A stretch of 63,753 bases of DNA, the filler included, from Rhabdomonas costata (taxonomy: Eukaryota), in assembly GCA_019059605.1 (NCBI GenBank). It is 54 parts of 54 records of this genome, joined end to end, with 100 filler letters (N's around TTAATTAATTAA, not from the genome) between each part and the next. Parts side by side here need not be neighbours in the genome. Positions count along the whole stretch, not along the records: positions 11,832 to 12,914 come from JAHMHO010029504.1; positions 13,015 to 14,097 come from JAHMHO010029505.1; positions 14,198 to 15,280 come from JAHMHO010029506.1; positions 15,381 to 16,463 come from JAHMHO010029507.1; positions 16,564 to 17,646 come from JAHMHO010029508.1; positions 17,747 to 18,829 come from JAHMHO010029509.1; positions 18,930 to 20,012 come from JAHMHO010029510.1; positions 20,113 to 21,195 come from JAHMHO010029511.1; 46 more parts are not named here. One strand, given 5' to 3'. The position numbers and the translations under genes are program-made. How positions within the stretch are numbered: the first letter of the stretch is position 1; each line of letters starts with the position of its first letter. Below the pieces are notes generated by a model. The model was not told the origin of the DNA and searched no databases. It saw only the letters and a list, made by a program, of their open reading frames with translations. Shown in pieces: positions 12,466-25,129 of the stretch.

Positions 12466-14315
12466 GTGCGTGTGGGTGCTTTCGGGAACCGCAAAATTTG
12501 AACGCTCTGATAACGACTGTGCTCTGTACACTGCCTGCGTGCCCCGGTCCTTTTCCTCGCATGTGTAAGTGCTAGAGGTAAGAGGTAGTGGAAAAACAAT
12601 GATCGCAAGTGTTAGGGATCATTGCCGTGACAACATGGGAGGGAGCCAGCCACCTAAGCCCTGATCTACAGTCGCTTACGTTGCAGTGCTTTCAGGGAAT
12701 GCTCGGCTGACACATGCACACGCAGGGGGAAGAAGGTACCGCATGTGAACGCTCGGCGGTATCCCACTCGCGAGCCTACCAGTGGCCAATAATGCGTGAG
12801 CCCTTCAGTCCACACATCGACCCTGACCGTTTGGGCGGGCTCCAGAGACCCCGAGACGTAACAATGGCGGTCTTGTGACAGGGGGCTCCGGAGGTGATCC
12901 GGAGGCACCCAACCNNNNNNNNNNNNNNNNNNNNNNNNNNNNNNNNNNNNNNNNNNNNTTAATTAATTAANNNNNNNNNNNNNNNNNNNNNNNNNNNNNN
13001 NNNNNNNNNNNNNNAGACAAGGAAGGTGCACGGGGAAGGGATAACCAGAGAATATGCAGGAAGGGAAGGGAAGCTCGAAGAAATGAATGCTGGGCGATGG
13101 GAAGTTCGGAGGACACCTTTTTGAAAGGGTCAGCCCCTCCCCCCCATTTCCATGCAATCCACCCGTCCCACAAGCACAGTGTTAGACAACACCCATACGT
13201 ACAAGCCACGATCCGCTTCACAGCGCAACAGAGCGGTCAGGAAAACCCCAATATGCGCGTGAAGCGAAGGGCGTGTTTGCCTCCTCCCTGACCCTCATTC
13301 GGGGAAGAGGCGTAGGGAAGAGCCCTATGGGTTACCTGCAGATCTTTCTGCAGCAATTTACAAAACCGAGCCTTGAAAAAGAAACTCAGCAGAAAATTCG
13401 GGGAGTAAAGACACAGATAAGACACAACGAAAAAAAGGAAAAGGAGGGTTGGGCGGCGACACTCCCGCGCACCGACAACATCCAGCTGCCGGGTTGGGTT
13501 CAACCACAAAAACGCAAGAATTCCGCAGCCCCATAGGAGTATATACTCATACTCAGCCCCAGAGGAGTATATATTCGGACGAGCACAACCGCAGGCAAAA
13601 AAAAGTATCCGCGTTGCGAACCGTACTTCCACCGGGACCATCCCCCCAAGCTGAAAGAAAGGAAGGGCTCTGTGCAAAAAAGCAGCATGCGCGCGTTGCC
13701 ATTCATAATACTGCTACTCTGCTACTCTGAACTGAGAGAGCAACGACTCCTTCCACAAACGCCCTCCCATTCCCTCTCGCGACCTCAACGCTTGTCCAAT
13801 ATGCAACCAATGACCCAAAGATTCCTTTTCCTACATTGCCTTCCCGTGGCATCAGCAACAGCAAAGACCGAGAGAGAGAGAGAGAGAGACAAAAAGACAG
13901 AGACACGCAAACCCAAAAAACCGGACGCAAAAGAACGAAGTACCAATGAATTGGAGACAGCGTGTGGGTGAACAGCTGCTTCTAGGTCGCACAAAACGTG
14001 CGGAAGCGAGAGGAAAGCATTGAGGTAGCGGTGGAGGGGATGCAGGGGGCTTCACATAGATAAACCGGAAGATATTGGGAGGCAAGAATCGGATGGGNNN
14101 NNNNNNNNNNNNNNNNNNNNNNNNNNNNNNNNNNNNNNNNNTTAATTAATTAANNNNNNNNNNNNNNNNNNNNNNNNNNNNNNNNNNNNNNNNNNNNCAT
14201 GGGGTTGTGTTCAACCGCTACCGCATCTCCACAGGCGTTGTCTTTTGTCCTATGCTAGCTGCGCCGTCTGAGCGATCAAGCCAATGCCGTGAAAAAAGTC
14301 GTCTTTGCTTTGTAG

Positions 14316-14610
14316 GGCTCCATTCTGAAGAAAGTCCTCAAGGAGGGGGTGGGCTGGGAGAAGCCCGACTTTGATGCCGTGGTCAAAATCTCCTACAAGG
14401 TGACCCTCGCAGATGCGCCAGAAAAGGTGTGCACAACCTCTGCTCACGGCTGCTCCCGCTTCCTTCCCGGGGATGCCCCTCGAAGGAGGGAGGGGGTCTG
14501 TGCTGCCCTATTTTCTGTGCCCATACTGCTTTCCACTTCCCCGCAGGTCCTGGAGGCAAAGGAGAACCTCTCCGTCACCGTTGGATCGGAGGAAGTCGTT
14601 CCTGGGCTAG
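14316..14610 (+). CDS. Multi-domain FKBP-type peptidyl-prolyl isomerase fragment; exons 14316-14426 and 14547-14610
   Basis: GSILKKVLKEGVGWEKPDFDAVVKISYKVTLADAPEK|VLEAKENLSVTVGSEEVVPGL matches the FKBP62/FKBP4-type KKxLKEGxGWExP...VxxGL pattern; 120-nt GT-AG intron. Confidence 0.85.
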
Positions 14611-15664
14611 GTTTCGTTGCCTCTTCTCTCTTTTTGCAGTCAAAAACCCAAAAGATGCAAACCCATTTTGCATCGGAGTGGTCAGACCGGTTTTCTTTGT
14701 AGCTGCCCTAGAGGCCATTGACGGGGGGGGGCACTTTTGTGTGTTTTCCTGGCCTGGCAAAAAGAAGAAGAATTCATTCAAGCATAGTTACCACGGCCAT
14801 TGTTTAACTGTTGGGAAGTTGTTTTCAAATGTTCGAAAGACTCTGAGTTTGAGTTGGCTGTTCCTCTTTTGGGCGTGGTATGCTCTCGTCCTCATTTCGA
14901 AACGCAGTCCCTGCTCTGCGGGCTGCTCCTGTTCTGCGAGGGTTTGGCACGGAGGTCCTCAATGTGCTTCACCTCAATACTGCGGACATTGCCCAGATGG
15001 CGGCCCAGTGCATGGGCGAAGGTCTGACTCATTCCTCCTCCAAAGCCTTCCCTTCCAACCCAAGCTGAAAATTTTTCTTTCGCTCTAACCCGCCCCACGT
15101 CTGAAAATTCTACATTAGGTCATCAGGTGGCCTGGAGCCGGTTGCCTGAGGCCAGGTTGACGGAGACGTCCTTTTTTGCTCTTTCTTTCAAGTGATTCGA
15201 AACAGTAACCATCACAGAAAAAACTGCAGAGCGGCATCGCTTTGCCTATACTTGTGGTCGCAGTCGAAAAACCCACCGCTNNNNNNNNNNNNNNNNNNNN
15301 NNNNNNNNNNNNNNNNNNNNNNNNTTAATTAATTAANNNNNNNNNNNNNNNNNNNNNNNNNNNNNNNNNNNNNNNNNNNNTTGTTGTGTGGTGGTGGTGG
15401 TAGTTCTCCAACCTTCGCCCGGTTTTCTTTTGCTGGGCTTAGTCAGAGTGGATCGTTCAACTGTGACTCAAGTCGCCTTTTTGAGTACCCCTGCTTTGTT
15501 TGGTGCGTGCTATATGCTTAGTCTCGTAGGGTTTGCCATGAATCTGGCATTTCGAAGCTTTTTGCAACTTCTTTTTCTCCGATGCCCGTTTGGCTCGGTG
15601 TCAGGTTGATTTCTCAGCGTGGTTTTGGTTTTTGGCGTTTCCGACGTTTGCTGTATTTGCCAAG

Positions 15665-16115
15665 GACGAACCTCTACCTCGCCCTCACGGCTGCCCACCA
15701 TGGGGCATGCGTGCTGAACCATTTCACGGCGAAGAACTTTGTGAAGAACGAAAAGTTTGTGCGGCCTGCATTGGGACGTGTTGATTTTATCAAGACATTT
15801 CCATCCCCATGCCGGAAAATAAAGGGAAAGGAAATCTGGCTGGTTTGTTTTGTGCCAATTGTCATGGCACTTTTGCTTCTTGCTGTGGTCTATAGTTCAT
15901 AAACATAATGTGGGAAGAACGTTCAATTACTTAATTCTGATGTCATCCCTGAGCAACATTCTTGAGAAAGGATGCGAACCAAACAGCACTTTGGCAATGG
16001 GGTGCTCTTTGAATGTTCTGATCCATCTTCCTCTCCCTTTCTCAGTGGGAAAATAACGGGCGTTGTCGTCCAGGATAATCTGGAGAAGGACGCTCCTGTG
16101 ACCGTGAAAGCCCGG
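15665..16115 (+). CDS. GPD2: Mitochondrial FAD-dependent glycerol-3-phosphate dehydrogenase fragment; exons 15665-15754 and 16046-16115
   Basis: Spliced RTNLYLALTAAHHGACVLNHFTAKNFVKNEN|GKITGVVVQDNLEKDAPVTVKAR matches the GPD2/GUT2 pattern RxNxxxALTAxxxGAxxxN...GxxxxD; GT-AG intron restores the frame. Confidence 0.8.
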
Positions 16116-16845
16116 GTATGTGGTACCTTCGGCTTTGGAATTTGTAACGCATTTCATTTCTCGGGATGGAGCAACGGTGTATGTACCTCTTTCCTCTTGC
16201 GATTGAATCTACCACCCACATAATGGAGGCTGTGGTCCGTTTTGGTTCTTCTTTGGTTCGCTGGCACGACACCGTGAGCTTTCCTGAAATGAATGAGGGG
16301 TCAGTTGGCGGACACCGACCTTCGAGTGCTGGGTCATTTTTTGAACGAAAAAGGAAACATGTCTGTGATTGTCTTGCCAAAAGCAATGGGTCACCCCATT
16401 AGACAAGAGAGAGTTACACGACTTAGGAGGTACATAGCGACATGTTAGCGGACCAAAAAACAANNNNNNNNNNNNNNNNNNNNNNNNNNNNNNNNNNNNN
16501 NNNNNNNTTAATTAATTAANNNNNNNNNNNNNNNNNNNNNNNNNNNNNNNNNNNNNNNNNNNNTGTGTTGGGTGGTTTGCACCGTAACCGGATGAGGTCG
16601 CTGGCGTTGTGCTGAGCCTGAGAAGTGCTGGCACAGGAAAAATTACGGGTCGAAAGGCTGTGGTAATAGCGGTAAAAGTCATTGATCGGGAAGGAAAAAA
16701 AGCAAGAACATCAAATGATTTATTCACACGGCCTGCACTTACAGAATGTTTTGGCGAAGAAGGCTTTTGTGGGTTGATTCCTCATGCAGAGAAAAAACCA
16801 GTTGATGTGGTCCTCGAAGAACGTTGGATAGGCAGGTATGCAAAC

Positions 16846-17077
16846 CTGGCGGTGTGGTTCTCCATCTTCCCCTGCTCACCCTTCGTGGACTTCGAGGAAG
16901 CTGCAGGGTACCGCAACACCACCCCGTCCTTAGGGACGCCCTCCTCGGATATCGTGAGGGAGGCCACCGATCCGGGGTTGAGGTCCAGAGTGGGGAATTC
17001 CGTGGCCGAGGAGAGGACCACCCAGCAGCAGGACCCCGGCTCGTCCGTCGAGGTGACCTCAGCAGAGCCCGTCTTCG
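16846..17077 (-). CDS. Internal exon of unknown protein
   Basis: Pyrimidine tract with CTGCAG acceptor, GTTTGC donor, and an open GC-rich frame between them. Confidence 0.5.
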
Positions 17078-17192
17078 CTGCAGGAGAGAAGTAGGAGTGC
17101 CGAAACTGGGAAACAAAACTGGGAAACAAATGATGCTGTGGTGCATGGGAAGGGGGGTTCAACAAAGTGGGGAGGAAAAGGAGTGTCACGGT

Positions 17193-17240
17193 GAAAGCTG
17201 AAGCTTCGAAAGCTGAAGCTTCGAAAGCTGAAGCTGCAGC
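17193..17240. repeat. Short tandem repeat of an AAGCTGAAGCTTCGA-type unit (~3 copies)
   Basis: gaaagctgaagcttcgaaagctgaagcttcgaaagctgaagctgcagc seen directly. Confidence 0.85.
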
Positions 17241-20200
17241 TCAACACAGATGCCTAAAATTGTCCTGAGCTAAAAAGTTGCGAAGCGACACTGCCGCTGC
17301 CTTTACCACCAAGCAGTGTGGGCATGTTCACAGGGCAGGAAAAGAGCCAAGCAAATATAAAGAGGCCCAGAACGCTTGCAGGGACAGTGTGTGGGGAGCG
17401 GGTAGAAGGCGGTTGTCCGGAATGCAATTGAGGGGCAGCATTCCAAAAAAAAAACGCGGAAAAAACATTGGACTTACTTGCCTCACTTCGGTACGTGAAG
17501 CGCCGCAATTCTTTTTAGACAGCGGGCTTTTTAGACAGCTGGACCAATCTATTAATACATACCCAAAGGAAGGGAAACCGAAAGGACGCTCAGTTGACCT
17601 CGTCCTCGCCCAAACACAAACAACAAATTTTCGCCCCCCCCCCCACNNNNNNNNNNNNNNNNNNNNNNNNNNNNNNNNNNNNNNNNNNNNTTAATTAATT
17701 AANNNNNNNNNNNNNNNNNNNNNNNNNNNNNNNNNNNNNNNNNNNNGGGGGGTTTTGTTAGCTTTATTTCCATGTTTCCATGTACTCTGCATCTGTCGCC
17801 CTTCTGGTGGCATTTGCTGTCGCTTGCGGGTTGCATTACAGTGGAGGTAAGCTGCCAGGGTTGTGTGCGTGCGACTTCGTCTACCGAGGCTCCCTGAGCC
17901 GGTCTTCCCATGGTGCTCTGGTGTTGAGCTCTGGAACCTTAATGCACAAAATCTCTGCCTTGGACCGCAACGGTGCTGCACTCTCGGTGCATTGGTGCAT
18001 TCGGTATCCTCTGGAGTGTACGAGGTTCCCGAGCTAGACACCTTGAAGGTCACTACGCTGCATTTCTCCATCGACTTTGCGCAGGAGCAGAGGAAGCCAC
18101 CCCTCTGTTTGCTGACCAGCCACTGCTATATGGCACGTAGCCACACTGGTCAACGCGATCGATAATCATTATCACACATTATCACACCCTTATCGGCTCA
18201 AGCCTTCGTTTCAGGGGAGGAAGAGGTGCGACATGCATTCGTACTGTCTTTGGGTAGCCTCATCGAATCCCCAGTTGCCTCCATTTCTGCCAAACAGGCG
18301 AGGTCCGGGTCCTCTCCCCGCCCTCCTATCATCTCAACCAACAGCTTTCTCCCGACCTGTGCCGCTGATGCTACGCAGTCTATTGACGTGCTGCCGAAGG
18401 GGTTGTTGTAGGGGGTTACACAGGAACTGGGGCATGGGGAGTGGAGCTCTTCCAGTGGAAGTGGAAATGTCCCTGCTCTTCTCCTTTCTTCCCACACCCA
18501 CAAATTGCGGTGTTTCGACTTCCCCCCTTTGGAAATTTGTGACCCCTTTGGTCCGATTTTCCTCAAGTACTTATTGGGTTGGTCTCTGACCTCTCGCTCA
18601 TGATACTTTTCGGTGGCTTAGCTTCCTTTCGGTCGTTTATTGTGCTGCTTGATACTTTCCTTTGCTAAGGTATCCTCTCCTTCTGAGTTAATTGCTCATG
18701 GGGTGCCCCATTCACCTGCTCTCCCCCCCTTCCCTACCGGACCCGTTGTCTGTACAAGTATCCGTTCATGCTGTGTGCTTCTTGTTACTCTGCTATTGGG
18801 CGCAAACATTTTTGTTTTAGGAAATGTCANNNNNNNNNNNNNNNNNNNNNNNNNNNNNNNNNNNNNNNNNNNNTTAATTAATTAANNNNNNNNNNNNNNN
18901 NNNNNNNNNNNNNNNNNNNNNNNNNNNNNGGGTTTGGTGGTTGAGCAGAGTGGCGTTGTGTTGGAAGAGTGCAGCTTAGCGAGGCTTTGCAAGAGGCTAT
19001 GAGGCTATCAAGCAGTTTCATGTCAGAGATGTGGTAGCGCTGTGAAGTTCATTTACCTTTCGAAGTATGCGTTGGAAGAAGCAGAGGATGAACAGTTCTT
19101 GGAGGTTCGGGCTCACGCTTGTCTTCTGTCTGTGTGACTCGTGCACCTCCACATTCTCACTCATACTTACCATACTGGTACTACTACCATTCACTGGCGG
19201 TCGCAACACACGATCCGTCAGCGCCGGCTTCCTGTGCTGCTTCGCTGTCCGCAACACACGTGGCAGCGGCGTAGCATTGCCCAGCAGAGGCAATGACCGC
19301 ATGGCACGTAACGGTGGCTCCGGATGGCTTCCAGGCTTTGACTGCGCATCGCACGTCGGTAGGGGGGTCTGTCGTTGGCGGGTTACTGTCCTCACCTGCT
19401 GACCTCATCGCACGTGAAAGCAAGTATGGATCGCTTGACAGTGGCACTGACCGCATCTCACGTGACAGTGACTCTGAGTCGCGACTGGACGGGGATTCCA
19501 CAACAACGTAACGCACGTCAGTCGAAGTTCCCTCAGGGGTGGCAGTCTTGCAACGCACGATGACTGTCGTTAGGTCAAAATCTTTGTGAGTTTACGCATC
19601 AGACGTAATGGGTGCAACACACCGATGACGTCGCATCACAACCGGCACAGACGCAACCCGCATGGCACGGTGAAGCAGTCGCGCTCGGTCCTGCTGTCGT
19701 TTTGATGACATGAGTCAAAGTTTTCAAAAGCAGGAGAAGTAGACTTCGAACCTTTCCTGGCTCCTGTTGAGACTCCGATAGGCTTACTCCTGACGCCTCG
19801 TCAGAATCCGTTGACCCCGCCACGCGAGCGGTTTTCCTTGGCAGTGCGCAACACAAGCAAAGCCTTTGGATGTTCGTCGCGGGCGCCTCGTCGCAGGAAG
19901 GTAACTCCGTCCATATTAAGCCCAGCGCCTCGTCTACACCCGGTTGTCCGTCCTTACTGATACAATTAACCTACAATACCTGTAACACTCTCCTCAACTC
20001 TACACAACAACANNNNNNNNNNNNNNNNNNNNNNNNNNNNNNNNNNNNNNNNNNNNTTAATTAATTAANNNNNNNNNNNNNNNNNNNNNNNNNNNNNNNN
20101 NNNNNNNNNNNNGGGTGGGTGGTGTTGGTCTGGCTGACGCTTGTCGTGACAAATGGCACCCACTGCGGGGCATGGTTCACGTGGGTGATGTTGACGCTGT

Positions 20201-20794
20201 AAGGGATGTCCACGGTCACCCTGGAGTCAAGACATTGGGGGCGGTCGACGCTCGCAGTGCAGCTGACTGGTCTGTCAGAGTTCGCGGGTTTCTAATTCTC
20301 ATCACATTGTTTTGTTGCCCTCAGCATTCACATATGCTTCTATTTCTAGACCCCTTTCCCTCATTTTTGCTAAAGCCCTCTTCCTTTAATTTAGTTTCTT
20401 CTCCGCTTGCAATTTTCTTGAATATAGTGTCCCTGAATGGTCGAAGACAAGGCGCACAAGTGTCAATTTGACAGTTTCTTCCCTTTCTGCAAATCCGTGT
20501 GGCATCGCTCACGTCTAGCCATCACATACACATCGTTGTCAACGCCCTGCCTAGTTCATACTATTGCCTTATATTGAATCCTGCACGACAATTCCGCGTT
20601 TTGTTGTGTTTTAAAAGCGGTATAAAAACGTTACACCCGTTACTCCCCCCAGCACTTTCCTGAGCGCAGTAAACGGGTTAAAGAAACGGTTTCCACTTTG
20701 GAAATAGGAGGACAGACACGATCAGGATCGCTTAGTCGCAACCAAGAAAAGACACTAAACCCCTTTCATATCGCACATCAGCCTTCCGCAGGAC

Positions 20795-20976
20795 CTCGTG
20801 AAATCCCCAGGGCAGTCCGTAAGAACAAATCGGAACTCGTCCGGGCCCCAGCCCAGAGGGAACGGGCGGTACTCCAGGTTGTACGGCGGCCCAACCACGC
20901 CCGTGGGCGCGTCGTAGGTCCCGATCAGCATCGCACCGCCGATCTCAAAGTAGGTCTGGGTCACACTACAGTCGAA
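20795..20976 (-). CDS. Internal exon of an extracellular protein with an Ig/cadherin-like beta-strand motif
   Basis: TTGCAG acceptor and GTCCTG donor; FDCSVTQTYFEIGGAMLIGTYDAPTGVVGPPYNLEYRPFPLGWGPDEFRFVLTDC contains a YxP...GxDxFxF..D motif. Confidence 0.55.
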
Positions 20977-21153
20977 CTGCAAGAACAGCCGAGAGTAATA
21001 CAAAACTATGGATTAGCCGGCGCAGGAGCGAAGCCAAAACACTGCCGTTCATTTCACCTCTCGACCTGTCTATGTGCCTCTCGGCCGATCCTCTTATATT
21101 TAGTGTTTTTTGTTAATAAAAGGCATTACTTTAGAATTGTACCCACGGCCAGG

Positions 21154-21195
21154 AACCCTAACCCTAACCCTAACCGTATCCCTAACCCCAACCAC
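21154..21195. repeat. Telomere-type (CCCTAA)n repeat, degenerate, at contig end
   Basis: aaccctaaccctaaccctaaccgtatccctaacccc seen directly. Confidence 0.8.
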
Positions 21196-21971
21196 NNNNN
21201 NNNNNNNNNNNNNNNNNNNNNNNNNNNNNNNNNNNNNNNTTAATTAATTAANNNNNNNNNNNNNNNNNNNNNNNNNNNNNNNNNNNNNNNNNNNNTTTTT
21301 AAAGGTGCATTGACGGTGAGACTGAACCTTGTAACTGCGTGTGTTTCTGTTCTCTTATGTTGGGACATTGAGTGGCAATAATTTTTGTTGGATTTGGATT
21401 TGGATTTGGATGTCCATGGCAAGACTCCTTTTGAAGAAAAGTTGCGTTTTCACAGCTCTAGGTGCTCATCTCTCTCTCTCCCTCTCTCGGCCCATGACTT
21501 CCTGTGTGGTTAGAGTGAGTTGTTCTTCGAAGCGCGCGGATGGGGCGGATCATCCAGCACTTTTTCGTTTCGTTGTTTGGAGGGGGAAGGTGATGGCGGA
21601 CCACCCCAAGACAATCCGGACACAGTCACTTGCACCTTGTCACACACGAGACAATCTCAACAACTCCCTTATTAGGCACTTAGTAGGGAGGGATGGGATG
21701 TGTCCCCGACCAGGGCCAATCACTGGTTCGCAGTCCGTCAGGGGAAAGGGCTGGCCCACCTGACTCACGAATTACTCAAAAGAGACTGGAGTTCACGCGC
21801 AATGATTTGTGTTTCAGTTTCATCAAGATGGCGTTTATTGCTCAATATTGGCCCTTGAAACTTTTTCGACCGTACGCTACCATAAGAAGCCTCTCATTGC
21901 TGCAGTGTTTCCTATTGTTTGTGTTGCGTTGATACCCCCACTTTTTTCCTGTCCTTTTTGGGCGCCAGAAA

Positions 21972-22378
21972 ATGGTCTTTCCATTGCCCACCGAGCTCAA
22001 CCCGGCGAACAGCTCGCCCTCTGGCTCCCCGTCTGGTGCAGCAGCATCCCGCTCTCACCGCTCCTCCTTTCAGCCCTACATCCGGCCAAAGGAACCTGCA
22101 GTGCGGGGGGCAGGCACCCTCGCTCCGTCGTCTGCCTTGGACTCGCTCCTTGAACGGGGACTCGCCGAAGCTCGCAGGGAGCGGTCGCTTTCGTTGCCGT
22201 CCAGGGTGCCCGCTGCTCGGGCACCGGCAGGGCCAGACTCACCCCTTCCCACTCGCTCGGCATCCAGCAGAATATCTACCCGCGAAGACTCCGCTGCGCC
22301 GACGTTCCCACAACCCCTGCGGGCTTACGTGTCGCAGCGTGTAGCCACTTCCCGGCGCGCACCCTCCGCCCAAAAACA
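21972..22378 (+). CDS. Probable N-terminal Ser/Pro/Arg-rich coding region of unknown protein (3' truncated)
   Basis: ATG lies 3 nt after a pyrimidine tract and CAG; GC-rich frame stays open to the contig end. Confidence 0.4.
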
Positions 22379-22819
22379 NNNNNNNNNNNNNNNNNNNNNN
22401 NNNNNNNNNNNNNNNNNNNNNNTTAATTAATTAANNNNNNNNNNNNNNNNNNNNNNNNNNNNNNNNNNNNNNNNNNNNTGCAGTAAAGCCTCTATCTGTT
22501 TGGGCGCCGCGGGTGTGTCTAACCGCGCCCGGATTTTCCGCTTCCAAACTGCTCCTAGTCACGACTGCACAGACGCTGCGTGTAAAATAACGTTTGTGTT
22601 CTTCCACGACAGGCTTCTTGTTGCCTTTTCGGATGTCTTGCGATGGCTTTTTAGGTCTTACTCTGCCCGGCGGCCGGTCCAATGAGTTTTCATCCAGAAA
22701 CGCGAAGTCATTTCTGATATTGAGAGAATATGTATTTGGCATAACGTTCGCAGTGACCCTTTTTCTATGGGACACAGCTAAGGCTTCCTAAATCCCTGCG
22801 AGAGAAATAAAAGCACACA

Positions 22820-23561
22820 TCACTGGAAATGCCCGTCACGAATGTGCTCCATCAAAGTGAGGAAAGGGTCCTTTCCACACAAGTTGGCTCTCCACTGGAA
22901 TTCCTTTACATATACAGACAAGTGTCCGTCAGGAACACCCCCCTTCTCCCTGATCCAGTTCTTCAGTCTGCCCCAGGTTCCATCAATTCCGTTGGTTGAA
23001 ATGGTCCGCTGCTGTCCTCTAACAACTTCCTTACCAGAGAAGATCACTTTATTGTGGTCCACTGTGCGTAATATCAAGCCATGAGCATCAGCAGGATTTT
23101 GTAGGCACGAGCATCATCCACGAAGAGCAGAGAGCCTGAAGCTACGTGGTCGAACAACTCCGCAGCTTCAGCAGCGTTTGGAGGTCCAAACCTTCGCTCA
23201 TACTTCTCAGGATGCAACGTTTTATACAGCTCAACCCCCACACGTCCTGTTCCTCTATCAAATACGCCTCGCACATCGCCAATGACGCGGTTGTCATGCC
23301 CGTGGGTCCCCTTTTCATTTCTGTCCAACTCGGCCTCGTCAGCCTCAACCTCCATGTCCAGACCGCCCACAACCTCGCCCCAAGAAAACTCGTAGTTCAT
23401 AACACATACGCGAAAGCGAGTACTCCAATCCGCCACAGTGGCAGACCCGTGACCCAGCATGTGCTCCGCACGAAGCCCAGCACAGTCATGATCCCACCAG
23501 TAGGCCAAGAGGACGAACTGCTTCAAAGAAAGCTTGGAGCCCTCCAGAAGGCCTCCAAACA
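22820..23561 (-). mobile_element. Merlin (eukaryotic IS1595-family) transposase pseudogene with one frameshift near 23093
   Basis: SKLSLKQFVLLAYWW...VEADE...VRGVFDR...SGSLLFVDDARAY(fs)...VDH...TNGIDGTWGRLK...HLSVYVKEFQWR...DPF covers the motif series of IS1595/Merlin transposases. Confidence 0.88.
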
Positions 23562-23661
23562 NNNNNNNNNNNNNNNNNNNNNNNNNNNNNNNNNNNNNNN
23601 NNNNNTTAATTAATTAANNNNNNNNNNNNNNNNNNNNNNNNNNNNNNNNNNNNNNNNNNNN

Positions 23662-23892
23662 ATCAGGGCGAGCAAAGTGGAACACGGTGAGGTGGAGAGT
23701 TTGCGGCGGGTTTTCGTACAGCACAAGGCCCTCGCGCATCACCGCGGGAAGCAGACGGAACACCCGCGAGCACACCCGGGACACCACTGTGCAGACGCTC
23801 GGGGGCACCCGCAGCACGGCCAGCCGAACGGAGCCCTGGGGGGAGCAGTACGGCAGCGGCACAGGCCGCCCAGCTTCCTGGCGGCGGATATA
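23662..23892 (-). CDS. Exon of a probable 2H phosphoesterase-like protein
   Basis: CTGCAG acceptor; ...VRLAVLRVPP...LYENPPQTLHLTVFHFARPD contains an HxT motif in a typical NPxxxHxTxF context. Confidence 0.5.
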
Positions 23893-25082
23893 CTGCAGAG
23901 TCTTGAAGTCCGAACAAGGGGAGGGTGGCACAGCCTACAACGAGCCACACAAGGAGGGCCAGACTGCACCCAAAAGATCCACGGCACGCGGACATAGTGC
24001 AGTTCAAAAAAACATTTGAAGGAAAGGAAATGGTTTCACCCGCCAGGGGTTGTGCAACAATCTGTACGGTTAGACAGCACAAAGCATATAACCATGAGTC
24101 GAAAATCATCTGCAGTTTCAAAAGGACGCAAAAAAAGAAAGTGGGTATTTTTTCTCGACATATCAGTCTCTTTAAAATCGAGGGACCATCCCAGCAGCGC
24201 TAGCTCTTGCCGACAATGAGCACTACGGTCGAGCCTCCGCGGGTAGGAGCAAGAGGAGAGCTAAAAATGATAACAGTTATAAACGCAGTCGATTTGGCAA
24301 TGTCCAAGGTAGGGACCTAGATGTGACTCTCCGTTGAAAAGGTGAACGACATGCGACGCTCATCACGAAAGTGTCCCGAAGGTGCCAGCCTGCTCCCGAT
24401 TGAATGATCGACGCATTTCGCGGGATCGATGCAGACTCACGACAGCTCAACCTTGTTGACTCTCTTGGCCTCCAATATTCGAACCAACGGAAAATATTCC
24501 CATCGGGAGTTTTGCCTCAAACTAAAAGAAGGACAGCTGCAGAACTAACAGATGCATAGCATACAGCATCCGAGCCTCGGCATACCCGTTCCGAGTCCGA
24601 AGATTGCTCCGCTCCGGCGCTGCTGCCACGGCACCGGAAGTTCGGGGTGATCCGAGGTGAGGGCTGATCCGTCACAGATAGTGTCCTGTACATGGCCTGC
24701 CGGGCAGCGTTTCCGGCGGGCGGGGGGCCGGAAGCACCCCCAAANNNNNNNNNNNNNNNNNNNNNNNNNNNNNNNNNNNNNNNNNNNNTTAATTAATTAA
24801 NNNNNNNNNNNNNNNNNNNNNNNNNNNNNNNNNNNNNNNNNNNNGTTGGCCATTTTATAAAGGAATGTCCATACAGAAGGAGGGATTCGCCGAGAAGAGT
24901 TGAGGAACGTGGAGTGTTGGCGGGTGGGCAAGGTGGGGATGGTATGAGGCCGAGTTTTGAGAGGTTAAACGGGGGCGGGAGATGAGATGGTAGCCTGTCT
25001 CCAGAGTAGTGTGCGATCCCCACGCCTATGAGGTCGGAGTGTGTAGTTGTATGAACAGAGGAGAGTCACACACAAAGTACCG

Positions 25083-25129
25083 TACCAGTACCAGTACCAG
25101 TATCTGTAACAGTACCAGTACCAGTACCA
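25083..25129. repeat. (ACCAGT)n microsatellite, interrupted
   Basis: taccagtaccagtaccagt...cagtaccagtaccagtaccag seen directly. Confidence 0.85.

Noticed and set aside
14427-14546. 40-aa insertion in the FKBP domain
   Set aside because: It is a 120-nt stop-free GT-AG intron with a pyrimidine tract; removing it restores the FKBP pattern.
23074-23100. Programmed frameshift in the Merlin transposase
   Set aside because: No convincing slippery heptamer or stimulatory structure; a 1-nt deletion from decay or error is simpler.
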